The notes beneath the pieces were generated by a model that saw only the letters and a program-made list of their open reading frames with translations, was not told where the DNA came from and did no database searches. The position numbers and the translations under genes were made by a program. A DNA stretch of 64,000 bases, from contig CM060733.1 of assembly GCA_030704615.1 (NCBI GenBank), positions 4,030,001 through 4,094,000 on the forward strand, written 5' to 3'. This document shows, piece by piece, positions 13,251 to 26,794 of this stretch (the first letter of the stretch is position 1; each line of letters begins with the position of its first letter). The DNA is from Takakia lepidozioides (taxonomy: Eukaryota > Plantae > Bryophyta).

Positions 13251-15249
13251 GTTATTCCAAAAACAAATATAAACATTTCAAAAATCATATGTTGCTTACG
13301 GATAATGATGTTGCCGACGAGCATCAAGTTACAAATTAGAATCAAAATTCATAGTTTCCGTTTGAAACTATAGAGACATTATACCTGTTCATAATGTTTT
13401 GAATACAAACATTAGGTTTTTAAATGATATCAAATTTTCTCTCCCAAATTGTTTGTATATTTGTGTTTCTGGTTTGACAAAACACGAATTAATGAATTGA
13501 ATAGACTTCATTTGTTTATTTTATCCCAATACTATTTATTATAATTATTTTAAATATTTACGTGTATATAAGTATATATATGACATATGTACGATATACA
13601 CACATGAGATCATTACAATGATAAAATTTCATGACATCATCATATATATATTGCACCGTATATATTATTTTGATTGAATCCATTTCATATGTATATCTTT
13701 TTTATGGTATGGAGATTAGATTTCATACAAGAAAATATTTTTAGTTGTACGTTTATTTCTGTTCATAGGCAAGTCCCAAGTATTACAAACTTGTAGATGT
13801 TGATATACTCAAACAATGAGCTTTCCGTCTAAGTTTCATTAAATAATATTTTTAAAAATTAAAATAAAACTAACATGCTGCATTAGCAGTATAAATATTG
13901 TACGTCCATTCTTGCACGACTTTTAGCTAAGATGCTGAGCTGTGAGTGAACTATTAGACGCTCTAAACTGACCACTACAATCATCACCACCTTTGCATCA
14001 GCCAACACATTGGCTCATTCCAAGCTACATATTGTACACTACCACTTTTGAAAACCTCACGGCAAATTGATCCACAGAGATCACCTAGAATGTATTTACA
14101 GTGCTCACAGATGTCATGCGGATTGTATTAAACGTTGAACTGCATAATCCGCGGCATCATATAGTGCAACTTTCATAACTTGATATTTATCTCCTTGATC
14201 GCATTTCAAAAATAATTTGGACAACGTCAAACAGTCTTCAAAATGTTCATAGGAGATGAAATCCATGGTTAGTTTCGCAGATGCGAACGCATAACAAATT
14301 TTCGAGCAAAAATAATGTAAGCTACACATATTAGTATGCATATGTTTTTGGCATCTCTATAGATAATCACATATACATTTCCGCAGCATACCTTACTTTA
14401 AATAACCATGTATTTGTCTTTCACTTGAATATACAGAACACTGACATCATGGGATTCCAATGGATCCATATCGACAGATTCTGAATTTGATGCGAACAAC
14501 CTGCTAGAAGAAGTATTGTTTCGCCCAATTTTTGAACGCGCTCCTATGTCTTTACACCTGTATGTATGAGAAAAATATATTAGTTACATCTATAAACGCG
14601 TATCATAATAATACACAAACCTTAGTATTCACTTGAGAAAAATATACATGCATAAAGAAAAAGTGTGCCTGTTTCATCCCGCAAAAAATTCAACATTGAT
14701 TTTTTCAAGTAGAACTTGAAAGATAACACTGGAGAAGTAGTAGATGGATCTGGATTGTCGCTCTTTCGAATACCCAATAATTTTTTCTTGTGTTTATTCA
14801 AGAAGTCGTTCAGAATGTCAACTGTGTTGGCAGGGAATATATGTCACAACGCTCCAGTTTCAGAAAGAACAATCGTTGTTAGAGTATGCACGATGATGTT
14901 AATCTGAAAGACAAACTTATATCAACAAACAATTCCAAAAACTGACCTTGCGAATAGTCATTTCCCTCTCTTTTTTCCTTGTAGAGTTAGGAGGGGAATA
15001 GTCACTTCCCCCTGGGAATAGCCATAATTATACTTCATGTAATCAAACATCATCGAGGCGTCCTGTTGAGGGAAACAGCTTGTCCGAGGAAGAAGATGAT
15101 GCATGTGTTTTGCTACTATCACTATCGGTGATTACATGTAACATCTCGGTCATAAAATGAACAATGCACGCATGCCAGTATGACAATTTTGAAATTTCAC
15201 AAATAGTGAGACACTCTATTTTTCAAACACCCACAACCAACCTATACAT

Positions 15250-15420
15250 CATAGGATTGCGAAAACTATGGGACGGTTCATTGGTTTTTTTCTTAATCAT
15301 TAAACGTATTAGAGTAATAACATACAAGCTGAAATTACCACCACTTATGAAGATCCACTCGATGTTTGATATTTCTCTACCACGGCATTACCAACCTCGA
15401 CATGCAACATTCAAAGATAA
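15250..15420 (+). pseudogene. Ty3/gypsy integrase C-terminal (GPY/F-type) fragment
   Basis: RKLWDGSLVFFLIIKRIRVITYKLKLPPLMKIHSMFDISL resembles the KL..GPF.I....YKL.LP..KIH.VFHVSLL consensus. Confidence 0.65.
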
Positions 15421-15929
15421 TAAAAAACCACAACATTTCCCAAAGTTGATAGACGGAAAAAATAAACGATCGAACGTATTTTGAGGAAACTCACATATAA
15501 CACGAGAGGGATATGAGGTGTTGGAATGTATGGGGGCACTTGAAGACGATTTTTTATTTCTATGCGGACGTTTTTTTTTACTTAAAATTAACTATATGCC
15601 GGAGCAAAAGAAAAAGGTGGTTGGAAGCTAGAAGAAGATAGAGATTTAGAGACAATTCCAGAGGAACCGAAGGCAAAAACCTCCCTCACCCTCAAACTGG
15701 TGGCCTTCTCACTAAGCTCTGTTGCAGGAAATGCGGAGCATCCCTTGTGGCCACAAAGCTCAAGTGGAGCCAAAAGTAAGGCCCACAGTGAAGTCCCTCA
15801 GTTATAAAGGGACCGACAGCCCTGTCCGTCCCACATCTCCAGCTTCCAGATCTTTCACGCGAAAATGCGTTATTCGTCCGCGTGATATCCGGCAGATAAT
15901 ATTTATCCGTTTATCTATTTTTTAAATCG

Positions 15930-16510
15930 AAAGTGGTGACCACAAGAAATAGTGGTCCGCATTTATTTTTTTGTTTATATGAGTACCGACATGGCACCGT
16001 TGGCTCGTCCCAATTTCTAACCAAAAATGTAAGAGCCCGCGAAATTGGGGATCGCCAGCGATGGCGGTCCCCATATCGCGGCCTACATTCTTTTAAACAA
16101 ATATATATAATAAAACAAAGCCTCCCGGAGTATATGGGTTTAAATTTTATTTATATATTTTTTTAGTTAATTTGGGTTAATTTTGATTTTATTTGGGTTT
16201 TATTTGTTTTCTTTAAATATTTTTTTAATAATGTTAAACGTTGACTTGCCCTAATTTCCAACAAAACAGCTCTCAGCCATCAAAAGTCAAAGACTGCCAG
16301 CGCCGGTGCTCCCCAATTTGCCACCGACATCGTTTTTTTTTTATCTATATAATAAAATAAAGCCTCCGGACGTATAAAGGTTTTTTTTTTTCGCTTAAAT
16401 AATATTTTAATAAAGTTAAACGTTGGCTCGCCCAAATTTCTAACAAAGAAGCTCTGAGCCAGTGAAATTCGGGACCGCCAGAACTGGTAGTCCCGATTTC
16501 GCGGTCTACT
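15930..16510. repeat. GC-rich GGACCGCC/GCGGTC motifs between AT-rich spacers, probable transposon subterminal repeats
   Basis: Examples: GGGGATCGCCAGCGATGGCGGTCCCC near 16047 and GGGACCGCCAGAACTGGTAGTCCC at 16471. Confidence 0.4.
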
Positions 16511-18243
16511 ACATAAATGAAACATAATTTCGAATCCATGTTGGCCTTGTGAACATGTAATATCTCAAACTAGTCTCTATGGAGATAAGTCTCTATTATG
16601 AAATACATCGTTAGGTTGTGACCGATCGTGCCTTGGAGAACTTCGCTGGTCATTTAAAGTGACATGTAATCTGCCGAAGCGAGTAGGTCGTATATCTTCT
16701 CGATCTGACCTTGTACAGACACGCCTAAGGCTTCCAATACTAAAGCTCGATTTCCTTTCAGGAGCGCGAGGCCGTCGGGTAAAGTAATTCCATTTTTAAG
16801 AGCCACAACCAAATTTTGTTGACATGCTTAGTATTAGCTGTGATTGGATAGTATAATATTTGCCTAACGGTATATTCATCTCGTAGAAGCTCTTATGGAC
16901 ACGGTAAAGTGCTTGTTCTTTTGAAGTTTGGCATATCCGTGTCGTTGTCAAAGCGGATCAAAATAAGGTATGGTGAGGCGGGTAGACCTGAGTCAGGATT
17001 GTAACATCCATGATCTATACAGACTATAATTGAAGTGCTTGTCAATTTTTTCCCAAAACACTCGATGTCTTCCAGGCTTCAGTGCAGGTTTATATACCCT
17101 TCACCATATGATTATTTTAAAGATTTGACTTGAGAACCTCAAGTAAAAACTTCATAAAGTGAACCTTCCTAGGTTTGACATATTCTCCACAATATGACTT
17201 TCTCAAACATCTGACCTACTCTCCATAATTTGAATATCTTATAGGTTTGACTTGAGAGCCTCAAGTCAAACTTCCTTAAGTCAAACTTCTTAGAAACCTT
17301 CCTAATTATTTTGAAAACTTCTAAGGAACTTTCCTCCTCTAGTTAGAACCTTCTAGATTCTACAAACACGCCTGGTGCGCTAAGAAGAATCCAGTACCAG
17401 AAGATGGTTAGGTCATTCTCTGTATTGGCAAAGACCCTCCCTTAGGGTGTCGAGCTTCCATAGAATATTTGAGCGAAGACTTGAAGTTTCTTAGGGCCAT
17501 TGGGAAGCAAAACTAAACGAAGACGAAGATAATCAAGTGGTCACAGTGCCGAAAAACCTCCGCGTATACAAACTTGACACTCTTAAAGAGGAAGAAATGG
17601 AGAAAGAGAAAAAATGTCGAAGATGCTAGAAGTAGCGGGAAACACCTCTGGTAGATATACAGCTGTATTAATTAGAGACGGCCCAAAGAAATCCCGTTAG
17701 AGATTGAGCATGGATTAGAAGGAAATAAAAGAGGACGGGTGAAGAACAAATGGGATGAACAATCCTTGGAGGGATGACCAAAAGCCTCAAAATAACAGTA
17801 CTGCATATCAAAAGAAAGCTTTGAGAGAGTGAATGTTCAATGAAAGAATAAGCAACAAAGCAAAGCTAGTATTAGCGAAGAAATTCGGTAAGAAATCGAG
17901 GGAGGGAGACGAAGCGACCGTTGAAAGCATCCCCGCATACCAGGGAGCTCCGCCAATCGGAAAATATATATATATATATATATATAAACAGAATATTTTT
18001 TAAATAATGTTTTTCATTTGAACCTGGTAGATACTGAAGCAATCTGATGCTTCAGTATATACAGTAAGGTAAATTGCTAACATGAAGGCAAGAAGAAATA
18101 CAAATAGGAAGCACAACCATGATTCACTAGCTGTAGGTCATGACTGATTGTTCTGAGCGGACTGAGTGCTTAGACATATCCAACTCTTCTATCTTGGAGT
18201 TTCCACCTCGGATAGCGAAGGGATGGGTGAGTAAAAGCCGTTC

Positions 18244-19115
18244 GACAGTCCCCCAACACCCAAAAAAAAAACCAGGGAAAAAATAAAAATCCACACCGAA
18301 TTCAATGCAAAATAGTAGGTCACCCCTGGAGGTCGCATTAAAACAACCCCAGGGCGTCGTCTGTTGTCACCCTTGCGCGTCGCATGCAACAACCTTTGTC
18401 GTCGCCAACGCTGATTCCCACAGACGGGTTTTTTGTAGGGGGTCGCTAGCACCGACGGCATGGCGTGGCCCCATGTTGGGGGTTTGTGTGGTCGGGGTTG
18501 CCAGAGCCGACGGCGGGGCGTGACCCACTGCGACGGGTTTTTTGGCAGGGGGTCGCTGCTCCTGACAGCGGGGCGTGGCCCTTGCGACGGGGTTTTTGGC
18601 AGGGGGTCCCTGTGGTGGGGGCAATGGCAGCAAATAAGAAAGGGGGCTAAAGCACCCTTGAGTGCCGAAGGCAGTTAAGGAGGCGGTGACGCTCATTAGG
18701 TGGAGCCCCGCAACCGGTGGTGGGGGCTCCACGAGGGGTGGTGGTAGCATAGGGAGTCGTAGACCATGAGGCTGAGTCATGGGAGTCATGGGGAGTCTTG
18801 GGACTCACCACGGTCCATTGGGGGCGTGGTGGGTGGGACAAGACTCACCACTGGGACGATCGAGGGTCTAAGTGGTGGTGCACCAGATTTGGACCGTGCT
18901 ACTTGTGGAACCCCCTGCAGACACCTACAGAAGTATATATAGGGAGTAGTAACCCCGAGAACGGTGCAAGCCCATTGGTGACCAAAAACTAGTGAGTAAG
19001 CGTGCGAGCCGGAAAGCGACCAAGGTGTGGGGAGCTGTTCCGGACTGCCATCTACCAAAGGGAATTTCCACTGAGCCCGCAGGTCGAGGGTCGAGTGGGA
19101 GTGTGAGGGGGACCG
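18244..19115. mobile_element. GC-rich insertion (solo LTR or non-autonomous element) abutting the truncated mTERF
   Basis: Imperfect inverted ends (ACAGTCCCCC / GGGGGACCGT). Three internal GCGACGGGTTTTTGGCAGGGGG-like repeats (about 18424, 18530, 18584). TATA-like box on the minus strand near 18935. Confidence 0.4.
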
Positions 19116-19802
19116 TTATGCCCCAGTGTGCTCTCTCTGTACGCCACAGCTCTCCAGAAATGCAATCTTATGCAGCATACCTTGAAGGCTGTGATCACGG
19201 ATGTAAGGAAGAACCTTGCCGATCTCCTCATCCTTAACACCAATGTCCTTCACGAACTCCACCTTCCGTTCAAGATTCAGCTCGACGCTGTGACCGAACA
19301 ATGTAGGCACAGACGTGATCAGCTTAGCCAAGTTCTTCTTCTCAACTCCCGCAGCCTCTAGAAATGCCAGTTTTTGTGTCATATTCCCCACACTGTACCT
19401 TTGGATGCGTGGTAGAACTTTGTCAATAGCTTCCTCCCTTACACCAAAACTTCTTAAGAGCTCGATCTTAGGCTTGAGGCGCTCGGCCTGATCTGCGGTG
19501 GAGCTAAACAATGCAACTGCCGCCGAGCCCATCAGGCCCAAACCTCCTCTCCCTACACTCCTCGCCTTTCTGTCTTTTCCATCACCATAACCACTTGTGC
19601 GGACATCGGAACTGCAACCACCCTCTTTCTTCCCGCACATGAAAGCATCAATCTTCACTCCAGGAGGAATCTGATAGCCCGAAGTGGACAGCTGCCGCGA
19701 CCAGGCCGAGAGCCTCCAGCCCTTTCCCGACATAGCAAACTGTAGTCCCTCATTCCTCAACAGAACACACCTGATCAACAGATCCATGGTGAGATCGATC
19801 AC
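19116..19802 (-). pseudogene. mTERF-family protein, 3'-truncated
   Basis: mTERF repeats: RLKPKIELLRSFGV, MTQKLAFLEAAGV, PTLFGHSVELNLERKVEFVKDIGV. ORF ends at the GC-rich insertion. Confidence 0.75.
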
Positions 19803-20039
19803 TTCCAGTAGGAAAGATGCTTACTCTCCTCACAAATCTTCTCTTCGTCCACAGTCCTACAATCAATCCCTCACCAAGAATGAGTTCCTACCCTAACCCT
19901 AACCAATACTGATTCAAGCATATGAGAAACTTAACAACTGGATGATGACACCTAAGTGGAGATATACAGCATGGAAGGAATTGGATGTCCCAAGCTGAAC
20001 AAGTTCAATTCAGGGAAGTGTGTTGATCTTGCTCATTCA

Positions 20040-20299
20040 ATGCTCCCTTTCCCTTCTTGCGGTGATCCGGACACTTAATGGCGTAAAATCTGATCTTCTT
20101 CTATCAGTGTGTATGTACAAAGGTCTGACCACTGTTATGTACAAATCGCTTGCGATTGTCAATTGTGAGATACACAGTTTGTCCAATAAAGCGCAGCCGA
20201 AGCTCCGAGTTTGGGAGTTAGGCGCGTGCATCAAAGCAAGTAACTATGACGTGAATGGGAGTTTACCGAAGTGAGGTACGTGACACTTGGTATCAGAGC
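20040..20299 (+). mobile_element. 3' part of an LTR plus tRNA-iMet primer binding site
   Basis: ...GTGACA (ends 20285), CT, then TGGTATCAGAGC (20288-20299), the canonical plant iMet PBS. AATAAA at ~20185. LTR start not defined. Confidence 0.65.
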
Positions 20300-23200
20300 T
20301 TAGAGTTCAGTACGTGATCGTTGTCACCGAAGCGGCAAATGGAAGAGACGATTTATGCTTCTGAAAGGGAGGTCGCGAGACTGGACATTCTTCAGTCTCG
20401 CCAACACCAGTTCAAGCTACTCTTGTTTCCAGTTTCCAGTACTCCAGTCCAGTTCCCAGTACTCCAGTCTAGTTTTCAGCATTCTAGTATTCAAGTTGTG
20501 TTCCAATAACTTGTACTCTTGTTCATTGTTATAAAGATCGTTTTGATTCTTATTTACTCATCGTGCATTCAGCCACGCCGACCTTGACTTCTTGTCTAGT
20601 CTTGTACCTCTAGTCTGATCTCTTGTTTGTGTTCAGTCATGTTCTCATCCTTGACACCCTCTGTTCTCTCTTTTATCTTATCCAGTAGGTTCATACAGGT
20701 GATAGTAAATTGTCAAATTTAATAATTTGCATTGCGATGAAATATCGCAGACCAACAGTTGGCTGCGTCGACAGAACGGCGAGTCCAGATGCGAAGCGAG
20801 GGATAGGCTTCATTGAAAATGCGGATTTAGTTGGAGATGGCTCCAAAGTTCAATGATCCAGTGACTAGGTCAAAGACCCACAGAGGCTCCACCATTAGGA
20901 TTCTCGCCGGGAAGACAGCAGGCTTCCTATACGACGGTTTAAAGCAGAACGACATTTTGGAGCTGGTTTTCAGCTCTGATAAACATGTAAATTTGCAAAG
21001 ATGATAAGAGTATCTAGCTTGAATTTCCTATCAAGTTGATAGGAATTTTTTGCTAAGAGTTTGTTGTGGCACCAAATTACAAGGCCAAAAGCACTTGCAG
21101 CGCCTATTTAATTATTTAATTATTTTTTTATTAGCCCAAGAAGAGCAAAATTTTGCCTTGGAGGACACTCAAGGAATATTCATTAATCCGTGGATGACAT
21201 CACCAAATTCCATCCCATACAAGAAATTTTTCATTTCATCTACGAAATTTTTCATCCAAGACTTGGCATATTCTGCATTATATTATTTTATTGGGACCGT
21301 CGTATTAGATCTGATTAGTTTATTATTTTTATTGGTTAGTTTATTTATTATTTCACATTAGCCTAGAGTAGTATAAAAAACTGGCAATGCCCCCTTGCTT
21401 ATCACCTTTTGCCTTAACTTTGCTTTGAGTTATTGCTTTGTTCATCTCGCCTTTAGTCTAGTTTGCTTGAGGAAGGCTAGGTCCTAGAGGGTAGAGCTCG
21501 GCCCCTTTAGTATTAAAAGAACATGGTAGTTCAAACTAGAAGGAAATCATACCGTAGCTTTTTTGTTACGTGCTGGTCATCGAACCATTTTCATTTTATA
21601 AAGTTGGAGTCTAGTTTTCATTACAGGCGTGTGGATTGGTGACTTGGAGACGAGTAGGGAGCCGGGGGTGGACCAAATCGGTGGCATGTCATGCGGTGAA
21701 TATTCTTTATTTTCCTCGTCTAGTGTCATTCTCAATATTCTTCTGTCTTCATCCCCGTAAGTAGCCCTATGGAATTTCCGCAGACTGCACTGATCTTCAA
21801 CATAGCAATGCGGTGTGCATTTCCACAATTTGACCTGACCTTATGTCACCCCGTAGCTCCGTGCGGAATTGTGACTGCGTCCGATGTTATTCTGTTCCTT
21901 TGGATTTCCTTCGAGTTTCCTTCGAGAGCAGAATTTTCGTGAAATATTTTTGAAAATTGATTATAATTCATGAACTGCTCACAACATTTAGTGCTTAAGC
22001 TCATACGTTGTTTTTTTTTTAAAAACTTGGAATTCTTTATGTAAGTACATCCCTCCAATGATGAGATTCGAGCCTTGGGGGACATGTTGGAGGAACCCAG
22101 GGCTCGTGAGGAATTGCTCAAACTCCTCATGCTTTATGATGAAGAGGAGGGCGGTAGTGGTAAGAAGGAGAGTGGTGGTGGTGTCATGTTTCAATATCCA
22201 CTTGGTCAATAATGCTTGATATTCGTTGCGCAAGTGAAATATCCAATAAGATGAGAGTTCTTTTTCATTCAATAACAACCATCTTTAAAAAGATCTAGAT
22301 GATGGTGACAAGACATCCGTTTGTGGCTTGAGTGTTTTAGTCAATTCCACGTCATCCTCCACATTTTTGAGCATGTACACATCCGTGCAACATAGCAATA
22401 AGTTATGCTGCAATCTCTTGTGTAAGCTAAGAATGTTCTTCGACTTAGAAATATAATATAATATAATATTAAAAAACTAGTGCAAGATTATGATATTTCA
22501 TATAATCTTGGAGTTTTCCCGAAGCAACCACCAAATGTCATAATCGCGGAAACATCATCAATCGACAAATTCAAGCTTATTTGATATTCTTGGAGAGTGA
22601 ATAATACAAAGTCATATTTGATCGGTATACGAAGTATGAATCCAAAAAAAAAAAACCCCCCTCTGAATCTCACAAGTTCACCGAGTTCACCGAGTTCGAC
22701 TCTGTGTCCACTACAGTCCCATCATTTTTCGAAACGATTACAAAAGAATGAATCTGAAAACGACAAACTCACAAATAGTCATAGAGGGAAAAATTTAAAA
22801 AAACAATAAGAATAAGAATAACAACCCCAAGACGTCGCTCCAGAAAAATAATTTTCTTTTTCTTTTTTTCTTTACACGTTGTTTTTTGAAGCAACGCCTG
22901 AGGCTGCTTGTCATGGAAAAAAAACGATAAAGCACAAATACATATATGCATCTACATAAAGTGCTTGTGGACATGTATATATAGGTCTCATATAGGTGGT
23001 GATAGTCGGTGTATAGAGACTATGGAATGATATATGCCCACTCTCTCTTTAAAAACTGAAAGTCCAGTGTGTCGAAACTTAAACTTTACTTAATAAATAA
23101 ACAATAATTTATATTCAATTTTTAATTTTAAAATATAATTCCCGGTGAGGCTTTAAGTAACGGAAGAACGATTGTCCATTTCATCTATTTTACAACATCC

Positions 23201-25589
23201 ATTTTTATTTTCAGTCCAGTTTGATAACTTGTCCAAACTTTTATCAAATGACAATTTAGAAACATGTTCATGTGATTGATCTTGGATTTTATCTACAACA
23301 CTACTATTATGGTTGCACAAATGGACGTAATGTGACGTTGACATGTTAGCGTCACATCCAAAACGGACGTTATTTCTGGTATTTTTTTTTTTTTAGTTTA
23401 ACTATTTATGTTTTATCTTACGTATCGAAGTGACAGCAGCATATGTGAACCGTGGAGTGGATTTTACTGTAATATCTTATTAATCTAAATTAGTAATTTA
23501 GCTACGACCGCCGAGATTTGGCGGAGCTTGAATATTTTGTTTTTGTTTTTGTGTTTTTTTTAATATATTTTTTATATGATTAGGGGGATTGTTGCCTTGA
23601 TTAACTTTATTGTAACTTATTGTGGGGAAAAAAAATTAAAACCCCTGGTACATCATGAGGCACACAAATTGTGATCAGTGTTCTACGAACTTTTTCTCTT
23701 TATGTTGATGAGCTTGCCTATGAAACCAAACATGGACCTCATCCCAAGAACCAGACCACGTAAATACCAAATTAAAGAACTGTTTGCAATCTGCTATCCT
23801 CTCTAAGACTTGTCCGAGTAAAGCAATGGGCTCTAGAAGTTCCCAAAAAAACACCATTGACTTTTCTTAAATCATAAAGATTTTATTCATAATTAAGCCG
23901 CGAGGCTTTCGAGGATGTTTTGAGATGCTTCTAATTCACGTCACGCTCGAACTCAGGGGGAAAGAGTGGAGGGAGACACGGAGGTCTCGCTAAGCTGGTG
24001 GAGGGAGGTCGGTCCATATGCATTGATCTTCCGATGGGCTGGTACAGATGAGGCTTTGGAGTCCCCATGAGTTTTGAAAGGCAGCGTGGATCGTTGCTGC
24101 ATTCCTGCCATCCCTGTTAATGTCTACACATGTTTTCACCCATGCTTTTCTAGACTCAGTCTGCAGATCATAGAAAATACTCGTCAAGAGAGCAAAGATC
24201 GTGGATGTTTGACCTAAGAACGTGTTCTTACATCGCAGTTTTCACAGATGTCATAAGTTAGCTGCTGTAAGGGTTTCAAAAACTGAGCAGTTGATTGCCC
24301 TGTTTTTTGAGATATGATTGTAGTTCAAAAGAATGTCAGTTGTTGTTAAGAGTCTTGAATTCCAGTGACTGTAGAATGCCTTTATCAGGGGTCAGATTTT
24401 GGCAGGTGCTTGACAGTAGATAAGGCTATGTTCTATTGATTCCAAGATGGCAGAGAAACAGCAAGCACAGAGGACACTTCCTTGAAACTGCAATCATTCT
24501 CCAACCTTTAGTACCCTGTAGACTATCTGCCAAAGGAAGGCTGCATCTAGCAGGTTTGGTTTTGATCCAAACTGATCACCAAATGGTGTTCCATTTTTCG
24601 AGCTCCATCTTTATTCCCATTTTTTAGTCATAGGTTGCTTGACTGCCAAAGCCATATAATCCTTCTTTGTTGTGTAAGTAAAAAAGGGGTCTGGTACATT
24701 AGTGAAACTCTAGAATCACTCTTGGGGATCTATTTCTAGCTCAGCCAAATAGTACCAGACATTGGAGAATGACGATGGCAAAGCTATAGGGAAGTACCCA
24801 ACGGTTGCCTCACCTCTCTCCACCGTCCTACAGGCCATTTTCTTCCTCTCTACTTGTCTGCTTTATTCTTCTTCTTCATCCTTATGCTCTCAGCTTTCTT
24901 TTGATATGTCTTTCGATATGTTTGCCTCATTCTAAGATCATTCATGACAGTTCATCCTTCCTCCTCCACCCTCCTTTCATCTCCTTCAGACCTTTGTTGT
25001 ATACCTAATCGTTCATTTAACGTCGTCTTTATTTAATATGTCCCATTCTAGTTTCCCGCTACTTCTAGCACCTTCCCCCCCTCTTTCATTCTCTGCGGTA
25101 TTCAGCTTAGTTCTTTGCGCGCTCTTAGGGAGTTGTTTCATCGTTTATTAGTGATTAGTTAAACTGGTAGTGTACTGTTTCATTGATTCTTCGTATTTCT
25201 CAAAGCCACCAGCTTTCTTCATGGCCCCTAGAAGCAGTAAACCACGGTTCAAGGAACTCGTGGAGACGAGGATTCCTAAAAACATCTTCATGTCAATGCA
25301 AAGACAATTTCAATCATCCTCTGGGACGGGGTTTTTTATTGCGTATCAAGCCCGGTTTAAGGTTGGGCTGTTTGTAAGATGCCCCCCCTCCCCCTCTCCT
25401 TTTTTTTTTCTCATTCAATCCACTCTCTCCACCCCAACCACTTCTCAAAATTCCAAGATTGAATTCAGCTGCATTCAATGTTCTAAACTCGGCACCACCA
25501 TCTGAGGACTACGTGGAGAAACCCATTCTAAACGAGGACAACCTTGACAAAGACTATCATATTTTTTAATTAGCTGCTATCGATGAAAT

Positions 25590-26720
25590 TTGACGGTCGT
25601 GGCTATAAATATTTTTTAATTACATCCCGACTATTAAACATTGGCAGGTGCTTGAATGTTTTTTTGATAATCTGTGACCGTGGTTTTTTTTTTTTTTTTT
25701 TTTTTTTTTATTTTATTTTATTTTAAATTGGGGCCATCGTAAAAATGTTCTTATTACATTTTTTCTGAAACAATTAATTGATATAACCATCAATTGTGGA
25801 GGTCGCACCCATTTTTGTTTTCCAAAACATTGGTACGGTTGCCAATTAAGGCAATTGCACCAATTAATAATATAAAAATTTGTGTGCACCGAAAGAATGA
25901 GCGGTCGTATCATATTAAATTTTGAAAACAAAAATGTTAAAAGGTTTTTTTTATTAATTTTTTCTGAAAAAATAATTGGTGTGACCGTCAATTGTGGAGG
26001 TCACACCTATTTTAAGAAAGAATTACATGCGACTGCAAAAATTAGCGATCATACCAATTTCTTAAAAAATAATAATCAATTTTATTAATTCAAAAATTGA
26101 TGCGACCGCCAATTTTAGCAGTTGCACATAAAGTTTTATTAATATGTACGATCACAAGAATTGATGATTGCATCATTTGTCTTGGAAATATATGAAATAT
26201 TTTATTTTTATTTTTTCTAAAATTTGTCACAACTTTAAAAACTCAACAGTCGCATCTATTAGAAAAATAGAAAAATTACCGTGCAACCGTCAGAAATACA
26301 GTCGCACCAATTTTTGAAAATAAAAATAACATAATTTTTGTTTATTTTTTTAATAAAATAATTGATACGATCACCAATTCTAGCGGTCGCACCAATGTTT
26401 TAAAAAGAATACATGCGGACCGCAAAATATTGAAGGTTGTACATATTGTTTAAAAAATGATTATTTGCGACTGCCGAGTTTTGGAAATCGGCAGCTGTTT
26501 ACTTTTATTATTATTTATTACAACCACCAATATTGGCGGTTGCAATTACGGTTTAATTTTTAATCGCGCACGACTGTCAATTATTGGTAGTCGTAGTTGT
26601 GGTTGGTCCAGAATAATTGATTGTCGGCCAACCCTAAAGCATGCTTTATTACTTCTCTTATGGCAAGGTTGGGTTGACGACCGGCAAACCATATGAGTAC
26701 TTGCGGTGGTTGCACGTGTG
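25590..26720. repeat. Array of degenerate palindromes (GCGACCGCC-N-GGCGGTCGC type) with AT-rich spacers
   Basis: Examples: GTGACCGTCAATTGTGGAGGTCAC at 25981 and GCGACCGCCAATTTTAGCAGTTGC at 26102. Same family as 31040-31980. Confidence 0.6.
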
Positions 26721-26794
26721 GGTACAGATTCATGTTAGGAACGTAGTATCTAAGCCATAAGCCACAACATGTTTCCTATCAATGTTGTGTGCCC

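Noticed and set aside
16520-17050. Possible RT/RNase H remnant on the minus strand (D.FEILHVHKAN)
   Set aside because: Too degenerate to support beyond one weak motif.
21577-25505. Several short ORFs with protein-like stretches
   Set aside because: No recognisable domain or consistent exon structure.
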